Of a stretch of 64,000 nt of DNA, positions 24,801-39,300 are shown piece by piece (the stretch's first letter is position 1; every line of letters starts with the position of its first letter). The stretch is from Podarcis erhardii. Lineage: Eukaryota. The DNA lies in the NCBI GenBank assembly GCA_964252035.1, contig OZ176206.1, one strand, 5' to 3'. Below the pieces are notes generated by a model. That model made no database searches. It saw only the letters and a program-made list of their open reading frames with translations, and was not told where the DNA came from. The position numbers were made by a program, and so were the translations under genes.

Positions 24801-26980
24801 ATAGAACATCAAAGTGATAGTTAAACTCTGGAACTCACTCTCACAGGAGGCAGTGGTGACCACCAACTTGGATGGCTTTAAAAGAGGATTAGACAAATGC
24901 ATGGAGGAGAGGGCTCTCGTTAGCTACTAGCCATGATGCTTATGCTCTGCCTCCACAGTCAGAGACAGCAATGTTCCTGGAAGCCATAGGAGGCCAGAGG
25001 GCTCTAGGGCTCTGGTCCTTCTCATGGGTTTCCATAGGCATTTGGTTGGCCACTGTGAGAACAGGATGCTGGCCTAGATGGGCCACTGGCCTAATTCAGC
25101 AGCAAGGCTCTTCTTATGTGGTCAACTTCAGCTGGATCACGCCCTATATTGTTTCTACTGAATTTCTAGAGTGCCCTGTCTTGAGAGCTAAAGGCAGAAA
25201 ATCCTAACATGATGATAAAAATGCGTAAGTAAAATGCCTTGTAACATGAATGTGATATGATGAGTAAAATTGCACTATATAAAACATTGTATCATTTCTT
25301 TTCTGCCTACCTTAATCTAAGCAACCATTTCTCCACCACCATCCGGAATATTTTCACTTTCAGTGATTTAAAGAAATACAAAATAAACAAGTACATATTC
25401 TATGGGATTTATTGCTCAGTTAATCACTTAATACCTTCCCCCTTTCTTGTTCCTGTTGTAATAGATGCTTATTGTGGATTACTGAAATTATCATATAAAA
25501 AAAAACCTTGAGTGAATAGACATAATCATGTAGGGCTGCTGATAGGTGGCACAGGGGGTACTAATGCACTGGGCCCTATAGTCAGCAGGAGCCACAGAGC
25601 ATTCATTAAAAAAGTAAGTCTCTAGCCCTTCTAGAAAGAATGTTTTAAAGCAAAATGTGCAGGTATCCTTATAAGTGATATCTGTGAGATATGCCAGCCT
25701 GGCTGCTCCTGCCTTTCAATGAGTAAAGTCAGAGCTGGAATTGATGAGTTCGTTGTTGGGACACCAGGCTATAGGACTCTAAAGAGCTGCTGTTTTCCTT
25801 TAGTGGACTTTTCTTGTTTTTTTTCTTATATTCCAGTGCTCTTTCCTTTTTTCTCTAGCAACCATAGTGTCTATTTCCTGTGGAGGGCTTGTCTGAGATC
25901 AGATACTCCCTAGATGTTATTTTCTGTAAATACGACTATACAATAACTGTGTGTGGATGTTAAACCCCCCCCCCCAAATGACATGTAAGATGTGAAGCCT
26001 TTGCAACGAGGCATAGGCACCAGAGCTGAAGACTTAAGAACTCACTAAGAATCCAGTGTAACTTGCAGTACAGCAGTGTTCAGGTCTCCTGAAAGCCTCT
26101 TTGTGTTTAACTGAGCAAACCCACTGGTTAGTGGGTACAGTATTGCAGCCTAGGCTTTGGTGTAGGCTGGGCATTGGGAGAATTCAGTGTTCTTCTGCCT
26201 TTAACAGTTGTGCGGTAGGCAAGTTAAACATTTTCTAGTATGGAAATACAATTATGGGAACAGCTTCACCTACGGGTATAGGGCGATACACAAATTTAAT
26301 AATTAATTAAATATGGGTACACAAGGGAGTAATTTGTAAGAGAGCACAGTATGTGAAGTAATACAATGAGTTTACCACTACACACTGTGGATGTTAAGGC
26401 AGGAAGTTACCTTAGCTCACAGTTTCTGTGCCTTGGGGACCATGAATTAATTTTGAATGGCCATATCTTGAACCGAAATTATTTTTCGTATCCTGGAATT
26501 CTTCCTTTTCACCACACTAGGCTGCCTGGGTTAAATTTTAGTAGCAGCCTCTCTATACTGAGAGCATTGCTGTATGGAAGGGGAACAAATAATTTTTCTA
26601 TTTCCCTTTTGAGCAGTGATCAGCACTCTCCCTTTCAATTTTCACAGATCCATCAAGCTTGCAAGCCCATTTGCAGAAAATGCAAGCGTCACGTGACTGA
26701 GATGACGGGGCAAGTGGTCCAAGAAGGGACGAGGCGCTACAGACTTTGCAATGAGTGCCTCTCCGAAGCTGGCATAGACAGCATCCGCATTGATTTGGAC
26801 ACTGAGCCACCACCTGAGTTCCCGCTAGAAGAGGACAAGGATTCTAACTGGAATTACGGTGAAGACAACAGATCCGATGTGGAAATTGTAGAGGACGGGT
26901 CTACCGATTTGGTCATCCAGCAAGTGGACGATAGCGATGATGAAGCTGAGGAAAAAGATATAAAACCAAACATTAGGTAG
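21842..26980 (+). CDS. ZBTB8A: Zinc finger and BTB domain-containing protein 8A, 480 aa; coding exons 21842-22781, 24326-24495, 26648-26980
   Basis: [29 protein letters not shown]; [26 protein letters not shown] fingers; C-terminus [10 protein letters not shown]; phases 1 and 0 consistent, 1443-nt CDS. Confidence 0.95.
23809..23988 (+). mobile_element. Squam3-like SINE
   Basis: A-box tagctcagtgg, B-box ggtttgatcc, body cctgaaaccctg.agagctgctg..gtagacaatactgagctagat, tail ataaggcagcttc. Confidence 0.8.
24840..25120 (+). mobile_element. CR1 LINE 3' end fragment
   Basis: gtggtga.caccaacttggatggctttaaaagaggattagacaaat.catggagga...gaacaggatgctgg.ctagatgggcca.tggcct. Confidence 0.8.
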
Positions 26981-28372
26981 TTATGAATGGACTGGATGTT
27001 AAATAAAAGTTCCCCCTTTATGTTGTCATTCCTTTGTTTTGACCATTGACTCCCAACCAGCCTGTGGTTAACATACAATCTATTATATAGGCTTTCTATG
27101 ACTTGGGCTAAACTTGCATGCATTTATGGACATGCCATTGTGTCTATATTGAATTTAGTTACTCAAGGGTATCAATATTTTGTTCCATAAGCAAGCATCC
27201 ATCCTGAGATGGTACCATGTATGAACAATTACCTGCTGAAGTGCGACAGTGATAACTTTTGATAGAATAAAATGGATCTCTTCTCAAACCTTTTTCAATG
27301 TTGGGGAGCACTTCAAAATAAAGTTAACAGCTTCATTGTAAGTTACTCTATTAAAGCTTTTGACAGCGTGAGGGTTTTGTTTTTTAAAAACCGCAAGCAT
27401 AAAAAGGTGCAATGATAATTAATGTATATTTAATATACGCAGTCACACACACTGCAATCCTATGCATGTCTACTCAGAAGTAAGCAAGTTCAATGGAGCC
27501 TTTTCCCAGGTGAATGTACATAAAATGCATAGAACTGCAAATATTACTAGATCACCCAGCTATTTGAGTTGTTGCCTTGCTCTAACCTGGCACATCGCTC
27601 CCATCCCCCATTCTTCCAAAGGAAATTTGAGTGGAAAACACTGCATAATCCTTCCCCAAAATTCACAACTTCCTTCAGATGATTATTTACTGAGAAACAT
27701 TAGGGTGATTCAGCCTTTCAGAACCAACTCTCTTGATTTCAAAATCTTTGAAAAGCCAGTTTTTTTATGTCTTGCAAGCAGCAGTCACTATTTTCAAATG
27801 CAGAACCAAAACACACTGTGGCAATTCAAATGTTTCCTTGAAGTTTTTTGGGCATACCCATCTTTGCCCACCCATTTTTCAAACTGGATATTTTAAACCT
27901 GCACTATCACTAAATTTGAAACGGGTACCAATGTTCTATCAATTCATCTCACAGTGTGACCCTTTTAAATAAATCGCTGTAATTGGTTCATTTACAGAAG
28001 GGAGTCTTCAGTCAAAGGGTGCTTCCAGATGGGGGTTTGCTGCACGATGGGTGCTCCACATGCATTTCTTTTTATTGTTTTGCAGCATTTTTTGTAGTCG
28101 AGATTTACCCTTTCTAGGAAAAATCAGGTACTGTTATTTTTTAAAAAACACCACTGTTGCTAATGCCACGTTTATGATATCTGAATAACCCAATTACAGC
28201 ATTGCCTAGAAGCACCCTAAAGAGAGCATATTGAGTAAGCAACATGGTATTCCAGAATCAAGCTATAAGCAGGATGTGGGAAGCAGGTGAATCTCCTGGG
28301 CACACTTATTTTCCTCTTGAAATGCAGCTGCTGGGGGCTCTGATTCCTGTGCTGTATGACAGGGAAGCATAG

Positions 28373-28508
28373 CAGGCATAGGCAAACTTGGCCCTCCAGA
28401 TGTTTTGGGACTACAACTCCCATCATCCCTAGCTAACAGGACCAGTGGTCAGGGATAGTGGGAGTTGTAGTCCCAAAACATCTAGCGGGCCAAGTTTGCC
28501 TATGCCTG
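28373..28508. mobile_element. Palindromic hAT-type MITE
   Basis: TIR CAGGCATAGGCAAACTTGGCCC / GGGCCAAGTTTGCCTATGCCTG. Confidence 0.9.
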
Positions 28509-28899
28509 TCCTATTTGATGGTCAGGGAGGCTTGTAGCACTTATTCCAGGCAGGCTCCCTTGGCGCACTTGCAGGCAGCCCCGAACATCTGAAGTTGCAA
28601 GTGTGGAAGGGAGGAGAGGAGCCGAATTAGGCGTGGACTGTTTACTTTCCATTCATTAATTTATATACCTCGCCTTTCTGCAACAGCACACGAAAGGCGG
28701 AACGAAAAAGGTGCCGAATAAGAGATGAACGATACAACCTCAAACCATGACCGAATGCACCCAAAAAACAAAAGCAACAAAATGCAGTTGAAAGCTAACA
28801 AGCCGCAGCTGTAAACGCAAGTAGCTCAACCCAAGACTGAGCATTTGGGGGTGGAGGGTGTTTCTCCTCCAGCTCCTCTTTCTCCCCCCAGCTTTAAAC

Positions 28900-29480
28900 C
28901 CACCCCGCAACGGTGCTAAGGCAGGGAAGGCAGCCTGGACCTTGGCGTCGTTTTCTCCGTAGCATCATGGGGGGGGGGGATCGCGGGGGTCAGTAGGCGA
29001 GGCTGAAGCGCAGCGGGGAGAGGGGACTATGTCTTAATGGGGCGCGTTGCCCCTTTAAACGCCGCCCCTGCACCTCTCACTCCGACGCCCACATCCGCGT
29101 TGGGAGACACCCCCTACCACGACCCACGAAGAAAGAACAAGGCTCCCGGCTCCCTGCTGCAAGCGATCGGCCCCTGTAAGGCTGGTGGCTGCAGTGTCTT
29201 GGTTTCGGACATTTCTCTCCCACGCTCCTTCCGTGGGGGGGGGGGGCTTTCCTGGCTGTCTTCCAGCCACTGACCAGTCCAAAACCAGCTGAGCTTTTGC
29301 CACGCGTATCGTCCCCGCGGCTCAACCTCCCAGCCTGTGTCCACCCCAGGAAGGAATCGATCTCATTCTGAGCCCCTGGAGATTGAGAACCCCCACGCAC
29401 CGTTTCTCTTTCCTGCAAAAAAGGGACTGTCATTGGGTTCTTTGGCCGACAGCACCGGCGCCCTCGGAGGAGGCCCCGAG
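28900..29480. promoter_or_regulatory. CpG-enriched segment not assigned to a recognised gene; possible distal promoter or first exon of the ferritin gene
   Basis: Local CpG enrichment, CCTTTAAA element at 29052-29059, donor-like CCT|GTAAGG after 29175. Confidence 0.35.
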
Positions 29481-29654
29481 GGGAAGAGCGAAGAGGGTCT
29501 TTCCTGCCAACCCTACCTGCCACTTGCCCTGTCGTGGCTGATTCTAGAGGACCCAGCTGTGTGGCTGGCAGCACCTAGTGTTGGTGATGGACCGGGACCA
29601 TTGCCCGGCCACCTGGCCTCCCTCCCTCAAACACCCGGTAATTCAACATCGACT

Positions 29655-29920
29655 AGCCAGGATGGCTGCTGCCCATTGGGACGGGTAGGGCAGAAGGCAG
29701 GGAGCCCAACAGTAGGTGGCGCCAGAGCCAATGACAAGCAGAGCCAATTCATTCTAGTTTTGTCTCTCTCCTCCTCCCTGCTGAGTTTTGCAAAGGCAGC
29801 ACTCAGACTAAGGAGGGGGAGGAAGCTGGCTGGCAGTGCCCCCCTCTGGACTAGTTGCAAATAAGAAGGCAGAGAGGTGGGGCAGGGTCCCATCAGCCCC
29901 CTTGGACCAGACTCCACTAG
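29655..29920. mobile_element. Non-autonomous DNA-transposon-like repeat, copy 1
   Basis: Similar to 31235-31516 (ggtggcgc.agagc.aatg.caagca.agccaa...ggaccaga.tccact). Confidence 0.65.
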
Positions 29921-30699
29921 ACTGTGTACCTCTAATGTCAGAGGCTTAACACTGCAAAATATGTCATTCAGATATCACAAAGGGGGCCATGGGCCACTTT
30001 TTTAAAAATAAAGAAACATTTTTTTAAAAAAAGGAAAAAACAACCACCGCCATCACTTAGCTCAAGTCTGCAACATAGTCCATACAAACAATGTCTGCAT
30101 CAATTTAACACAAGCACTTCAAAAGCCAGACTATACAACATGTTGTCTATAATGTGGGGTGCCGATACAAAAACTCTCATCTGTAAGTCACATTACTGGC
30201 AAAAAATGGCAAAAAACTGCCCCACCTGCAATAATACATCTCTGCAGTATTGATTTCTACAGCCACAGCAGGCACTGCAACTGTCCAAGGGTTTGACTTT
30301 ACCCCCAAAGGCACACTCCTCCATTGTTTCCCAGGAAAGAAGGATGCCAACCATATGGTTGTCCTGACTCATGGACTACCTTCTCAGGGGAGCCAGGTGG
30401 CTTTTCAGCTTTGTGGGAGGGGCTACCAGGAACTGAGTGGCAGGGACTTACCAAACTGCTTCTGCTTCTCCTCTCCTCCCCTTGAAGGGCAAGATGGTTC
30501 TCCAGGAGGGTTTTCCCTCCTGTGTGGCTGGCAGCCAGGGGAGGCCAGGGCAAGGTCACCGGAGGAGGAGGAGGACCAAGAAGGGCTTCCATGTGTGGTT
30601 GTTTGATGAAATGCTGGTGAAAACTTACACCAAGTGCTTACAGGATCAGCACCCTGGTGTATTGCTTTGCTGTTTCCCTGGCATCAGCCTACCTTCCCA

Positions 30700-30915
30700 G
30701 GTGTCATGGCAACCCTTGTGCCACGCTGCAGAGTCATGCACTTGCCTGCAGAAAGGTCATTAAAGACCCAAGCGACAGAGGACCTCTGTCTTCCTTGCTG
30801 AATGGTTTCTTCCTGTGTCCTGACCTTCTTGCTTTGAGTTGAAAGGCCAGCTATGGTGGCTGGTCAGTTACTGTGGAAACTTTCAGGGTGTAGGAGCTGG
30901 ATCAGCCCTTTAAGA
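30700..30915 (+). promoter_or_regulatory. Putative proximal ferritin promoter: RFX X-box and TATA-like CCTTTAAGA
   Basis: GGTGTCATGGCAAC at 30700-30713 (12/14 to the palindrome GTTGCCATGGCAAC); CCTTTAAGA at 30907-30915, about 45 nt before the ATG. Confidence 0.4.
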
Positions 30916-30956
30916 AGGAAGTATTCTACTTGCCAGTTTAGTGTTGAGCAATAGAT

Positions 30957-34138
<3,182 letters not shown>

Positions 34139-34194
34139 AATGGCAAAGGACATGTCCCAAATCAGCGGCTATTTGTTATACACGAAGCCCTTGC

Positions 34195-34200
34195 AATAAA
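34195..34200 (+). terminator. Polyadenylation signal of the ferritin gene
   Basis: AATAAA 56 nt after the stop, followed by a GT-rich downstream element. Confidence 0.65.
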
Positions 34201-35480
34201 ACATGGATGCCAATTGAACCCAATCAGAAAGGGGTGTGTGTGTGTGACTTTTTTTGGGGGGGGGGTATGTGGGACCTGCAAGATAATGTTGCAGCACAGT
34301 GCTCCTTTTCAGGAGCCCAGCTAGCCATGTAACCATTATTTATTATTATTATTATTAATTAAATTTATATTCCACCCTATACCTGCACGTCTCTTGTTGG
34401 AAGTTTCTATTCATTACTTCTAATGCAATAATATTGCCAACCAATAAAACTACTATATGCACACAAGTATGAACTTACGTTTTGTAAAATGGATTTTATT
34501 TTTAAAAATAGTTCTTTTAAATTAAAACCAAGATTCTTATTTTTCTGTCATTTATGTAAATAGATGGGTGCCTACTTCAATCAATACCCCAATGACCTCA
34601 CACAATTGTAGAGCTAAGTGGAACACATCAAAACTGAAATCACACACAAATTAACATAGAGTACCACTCTGTCTACACCTCTTATGATGCCTTCTCTTCT
34701 TATATGCAGCCATCATCAGCCTAATGCCCACCAGCTGTTTTGAACTACGAGGCCTATCAGCCTTAGCCCGCAAGGCCATGCTAGCTGAGACTGATGGGCA
34801 TTGATGAAGGCTGCTGTCTAGAAATATTTTGTACCCTCTCCTGACAAAAAATGCTGGATTTGTATCATGGTGCAAAGGGATGGCCCAGTGTAAAACACCT
34901 GCCACCAAGCTATGCTCCTCTGCGAGCCCCATGAAACAAATGCTGCTTATAGGAGACTGGGACCCGTTGCTTCAATCCCAAGGTGTGTGTGTGTGTTAAG
35001 TCTGCAATTCAAGTTATGTGTGTGTGTTCATATAGATTGTCAAAAACAAATGCTGCTCTTCGGGGGGGGGGCAATTGTTTGTGTGCTCTGTTCCTTTCCT
35101 TTCCTCTTTCCTTTCAGTGGAGACATAATAGCTCTGATCTTTAACTGTGGTTAAGGCATTGGGAGTGTGGCATCGACTGTGAGGCTCCCTTTTCCCCAGC
35201 ATGCATGAATTCCCTTCTCCATCCCATGGTTTAGTTTAACCAGCAGCAGTTGGTGAGGCAGTGCAGGTGGGGTATCTTGGTTCTCCTGGCCTGCCAACAC
35301 AGCAGGTTGCTGTGGAGAGGGGAGGACTGAGGCACAGGGAGCTTGGATCCACTGCCATGTGCCACACCAGATCAATCTCCCCACACCTCACCCTTTGATA
35401 AGCACCAGCAAACTGCTGTTAGGAAGCCAGCCAAGCAAAAGTGCCTCACCAGCCACTACAGCTCTAACCATAGGGTAGTG

Positions 35481-35616
35481 CAGACACCCCCAAACTCGGC
35501 CCTCCAAATGTTTTGGGACTACAACTCCCATCATCCCTAGCTAACAGGACCAGTGGTCAGGGATGATGGGAATTGTAGTTCCAAAACATCTGGAGGGCCA
35601 AGTTTGGGGGTGCCTG
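35481..35616. mobile_element. Palindromic hAT-type MITE
   Basis: TIR CAG.CACCCCCAAACT / AGTTTGGGGGTG.CTG; 8-bp TSD GGGTAGTG/GTGTAGTG (1 mismatch). Confidence 0.9.
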
Positions 35617-36366
35617 GTGTAGTGTAATGTCTGAAGCAGCATTAATCAGGAAAGCTAACCAGGATTTCTTTTGTAACCCTGTTCTGGAACAACCTATCTG
35701 CTAGGGCAAACCATACTGTTGTTGGTGGGAACTAACACATGAACAGGAGAAGAGGAAGCCTGAGAGGCAGGCTTCTGTCATCTCCTAACCGTGGTTGAAG
35801 GTGACTGGGAACATTGTGACAGCATCAGACTACTGTTTCAAATGGCTTTGTAAGGGGAGATGATTTAGGCTAATTTCCAGGCAACTTCTCACTGGAGGAA
35901 AGCAGCATTTTATGGTGGGTATTTTACAATGGGCTATAAATGACAAAAGAAGCAATAGAAGAGGTAGTATTATTAAGACAGACGAGAGTGAATAGTCTTA
36001 AATCCCTGTATTTCCTGTCACTAAAGAATATTAGTCTCCCACCAGAGTAGATAAGGAATTAGAATCCAGCATTTAAAAACCACATTATAGGCTGCAGTAC
36101 CAGATCATGCTTGGGCTTGTAATCAACACATGCACACCATCTTTTCAATGCTTCCTGCTTGATGCATCAGCCTCAGTAACACACCAGAGCTGGACATTCC
36201 TCGGGAGTTTTCTATTTAAGCTGCTACATCCAACCTGATGCTCCTCACCACTTTGGTTCATTTAGCCCTCTGCCGATTCATTTCCAGGAGGACAAACACT
36301 TCGATTAGGATGTACAGCACTTCTGGTAGATAAACCAGGGTGATGCAGTTTTTTGTGGTACTTTGT

Positions 36367-39300
36367 TTAGATATCAATAATGACAAAGACCTCAGGCGTT
36401 TCATCCTCATGAATCTGCATTGCTGAATAGGTTATAGCTTTGACCTCTGTGCCCTGCGAGGGAAGAAAAAAGAAAATTTGAGTCTATGAACAGGAGTCTA
36501 GGAGCTCAGCTGCACAATGATAGGCAGAATCTCTGGTAGGTCTAAGAATACATGAATGGAAGGGGTGATTTGTTAGTTAAGCCTGATTTATTTCTGGGCC
36601 TCTAGTACTCAGGAAGGAAAATGACAACATTCATAACATACCTGGGGATGCTTGGGCAAAGAGAACTCTTCTCCCCACCTTAAAGAGGGAAAAAGGGTAA
36701 TGATTATTACAAGGTTACTGAATTATGTCACAGTGCAGGAAACCCCTCTGGTCATTTTATGAAAGACACGCGGAACAATGATGAATGTTGAGGAAAAGAG
36801 GAGGCCATTCTGGCACCCCTAGCAGCCAGAATGATTTCCCACCCAAGAACGTAGAGAGCTATGGCATACAAGGCTCTCAACTCCAGTTCCCAAATGGTCC
36901 ATACCCAGGAGACAGTGCAGGGATCCATTGGAGGAACACTGTCCCACATGCTGAAGTGTGAATCAGGAATTAAGAAGGCCAAGACAGCTCCTGGCATCTT
37001 CAAAGGCCTCCATTTCTTCTTCAGAACCAGGGATTAGTTTGAGCCCTTACAGCAAAGCAACATTGCTGAAGTGGAAACATGCATTCTCTTTAAAGAAAGA
37101 AAACTCTTCGCTGTCTCCATCCAAGAAGGATCCTGGAGGAGCCCATGGTGAGAGTCAGTGGGGAACTAAAAAGGCTCCTGGCACATGCAAAAGGACACCT
37201 GGTACACACTCTATGGAAACTTTCACACAGAGCCAACATGTCTTGACTCTCTGGCATTTCCATCAACATTTTTAAATGGCATGATTCCACTTAACTCACC
37301 CAATAGATCTTATTCTGAATCTTATTCGGTCAATGTGGAGCACTTTAACTTCCTACAAAATGGGGGAGGGGAACAAACATATAATTAGTTGATTTCAAAC
37401 AATTAAAGACTTTCACATAGCTCTAGTAATAACTGGAAAAGGTACCAGGTATTTCAGTTCCTTGCAGAAAAATAAATCCCAACCATCCACACAACCTCAA
37501 GGCATATGAAAAGCAAGACATTTCAGAAGTCAAAGGAGCTTCTCTTTCAGTCTGTATAACAATTTCTTTCTCCCCATTCTAGCATCTTCAACTTCTCCTA
37601 TAATCTAACTAGTTTTGCAAAGAATATCCAGAACTTCGATCCATAAACTGTAAGCACATTGCAGAGGAACTTTGAGGAACATCATTGTCCATTCTTTTCT
37701 GTTGTTGGCTATCAAGCCTGGAGAAGACTTCTGTGAAAGTTGAACGCTGGCTCCCTGCTTTATGATTACAGTTGATGCTAATAAGGACAGTACAGTAATG
37801 TTCCTCTTTACATTTTCTCCTTAGTTTCTTGATGCTACCTCAGAAATTAATGGATTCAGGCAGAATGGATTCAATACCTTGGCAATGCAACAACATGTGA
37901 CCAAACTGTGACACTGTGCAGAACACATTCCAATAATCGAGAAATATCTCAACACTGTAAGGAGGAAGAAAGCAAACACTCACCCTGGGAATGAAAAACT
38001 CATTGGCGCTGAATTTATAAAGCCACTCATCCAGAAAGTGGAAGAGGAGAGACAGCATGTCATGTCCTGTTGGAGAGAAGCGGGGTGGGTGGGGGTGTGG
38101 AGACATATTGGGAGCTTTAAGGTGCAGGACTCCCTCCAACCCCAGTATGTGTGGCAAGCCTTCCTAATGACAGACAGATGTCAGTGTAGGCTCAAACTCC
38201 CACTCAATTCCCCTTGCACCACAGATCATGGCTCAGCACGAGATCAGAGAGCCAACCCTTGCGTGGGGACCGATAGGACACCTCATGAACCATGAACTGT
38301 ATCTTTAGGCGTCAGGCAAAAATGTTTTTCTATAACCAGGCCTTCAGCTTGGGCCAATTAACATTCTATGTCTTTTTTAATGTGTTTGTGGAAGGGGCGC
38401 GCACGTTATTGGTTTGCTTTTGTTTTTATTATGTATTTTGTGTTCTAATTTTGTATTTTTATGCAGTGAACTGTCCTGTGATCTTTGGATGAAGGGTGGT
38501 ACACAAATTTAATAAAAAAAAGAAAAAACAAATAAATGTCATGGGTTTTTTTTGTTGCTCTGCTTGCCTCTGAGACTGAACATCATCTGGATAGCTCAGT
38601 TAGTTAAAGCTTATGCTGATAATGCCAAGGCTGCAGGTTTGATCCCCGTAAGGGACAGGTGCATATTCTTGCATTGCAGGGGAGTTGGACTAAATGGTCC
38701 TGAGGGTCCCTTCCAGCTCTATGACTCTATAATTCAAATTCTATGATTTGAAGCTGAACTTTCTGCTTGCCTGTTTCCTGCTTGCAAAAGCATCACCATT
38801 TATACTTACAGGCCTGCTATGCTAAGTTTAAGCAGTCCAATTTCAGTGAATCCTGAATAAGCACAGGCCTCAAACTATAGGGTGTTACTCTGTTATAAAT
38901 GTGTTTGGGAAACAGCAAGTGACAGTTATGCTGGCAAAATAGTAAAGACAATCATTTGCCACTGTGTCTATTAATCTGTACTGCTGTAGTTCTCAAAGCA
39001 TCACCTTACCCTCTGCTTCCACCTCTACTGTGTCCAGAGGTTCAACCGTCTCTGTATCCGTCATGTACCCAAACATGGCCATGGCGCATTGTTCAAATGC
39101 TTCTTCCAAGGTATCTCCCCAGGCATGCAACCTAAAAACACACACACACACATTACAGGGCAGTAGTTATAAGCAAAAGATGAGAATGTACAAAGGAGAA
39201 ACTTGCACTTAATGTAGGAAAGACCAGTTGGCTCCACTTCTAACAAGTTCACTATTTGCAGTTTAAGAATTGTCCATTCTCCACATATAGTAGTCACCCT

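Noticed and set aside
29187-29202. CAGTGT as a possible iron-responsive element (also 29834 and TAGTGT at 30939)
   Set aside because: Flanks cannot form the 5-bp upper stem with the bulged C
29337-29864. 175-aa ORF upstream of the ferritin
   Set aside because: The C-terminal third comes from the repeat also present at 31235-31516; no recognisable domain
36778-36952. RTGATGA ... CTGA pair in a ZBTB8OS intron suggesting a C/D snoRNA
   Set aside because: About 175 nt apart, no terminal stem, no recognisable rRNA/snRNA guide, and no real match to U3
38589-38665. tRNA-like A/B boxes (also 23809 and 62838)
   Set aside because: These are SINE heads followed by SINE bodies or LINE tails; no cloverleaf
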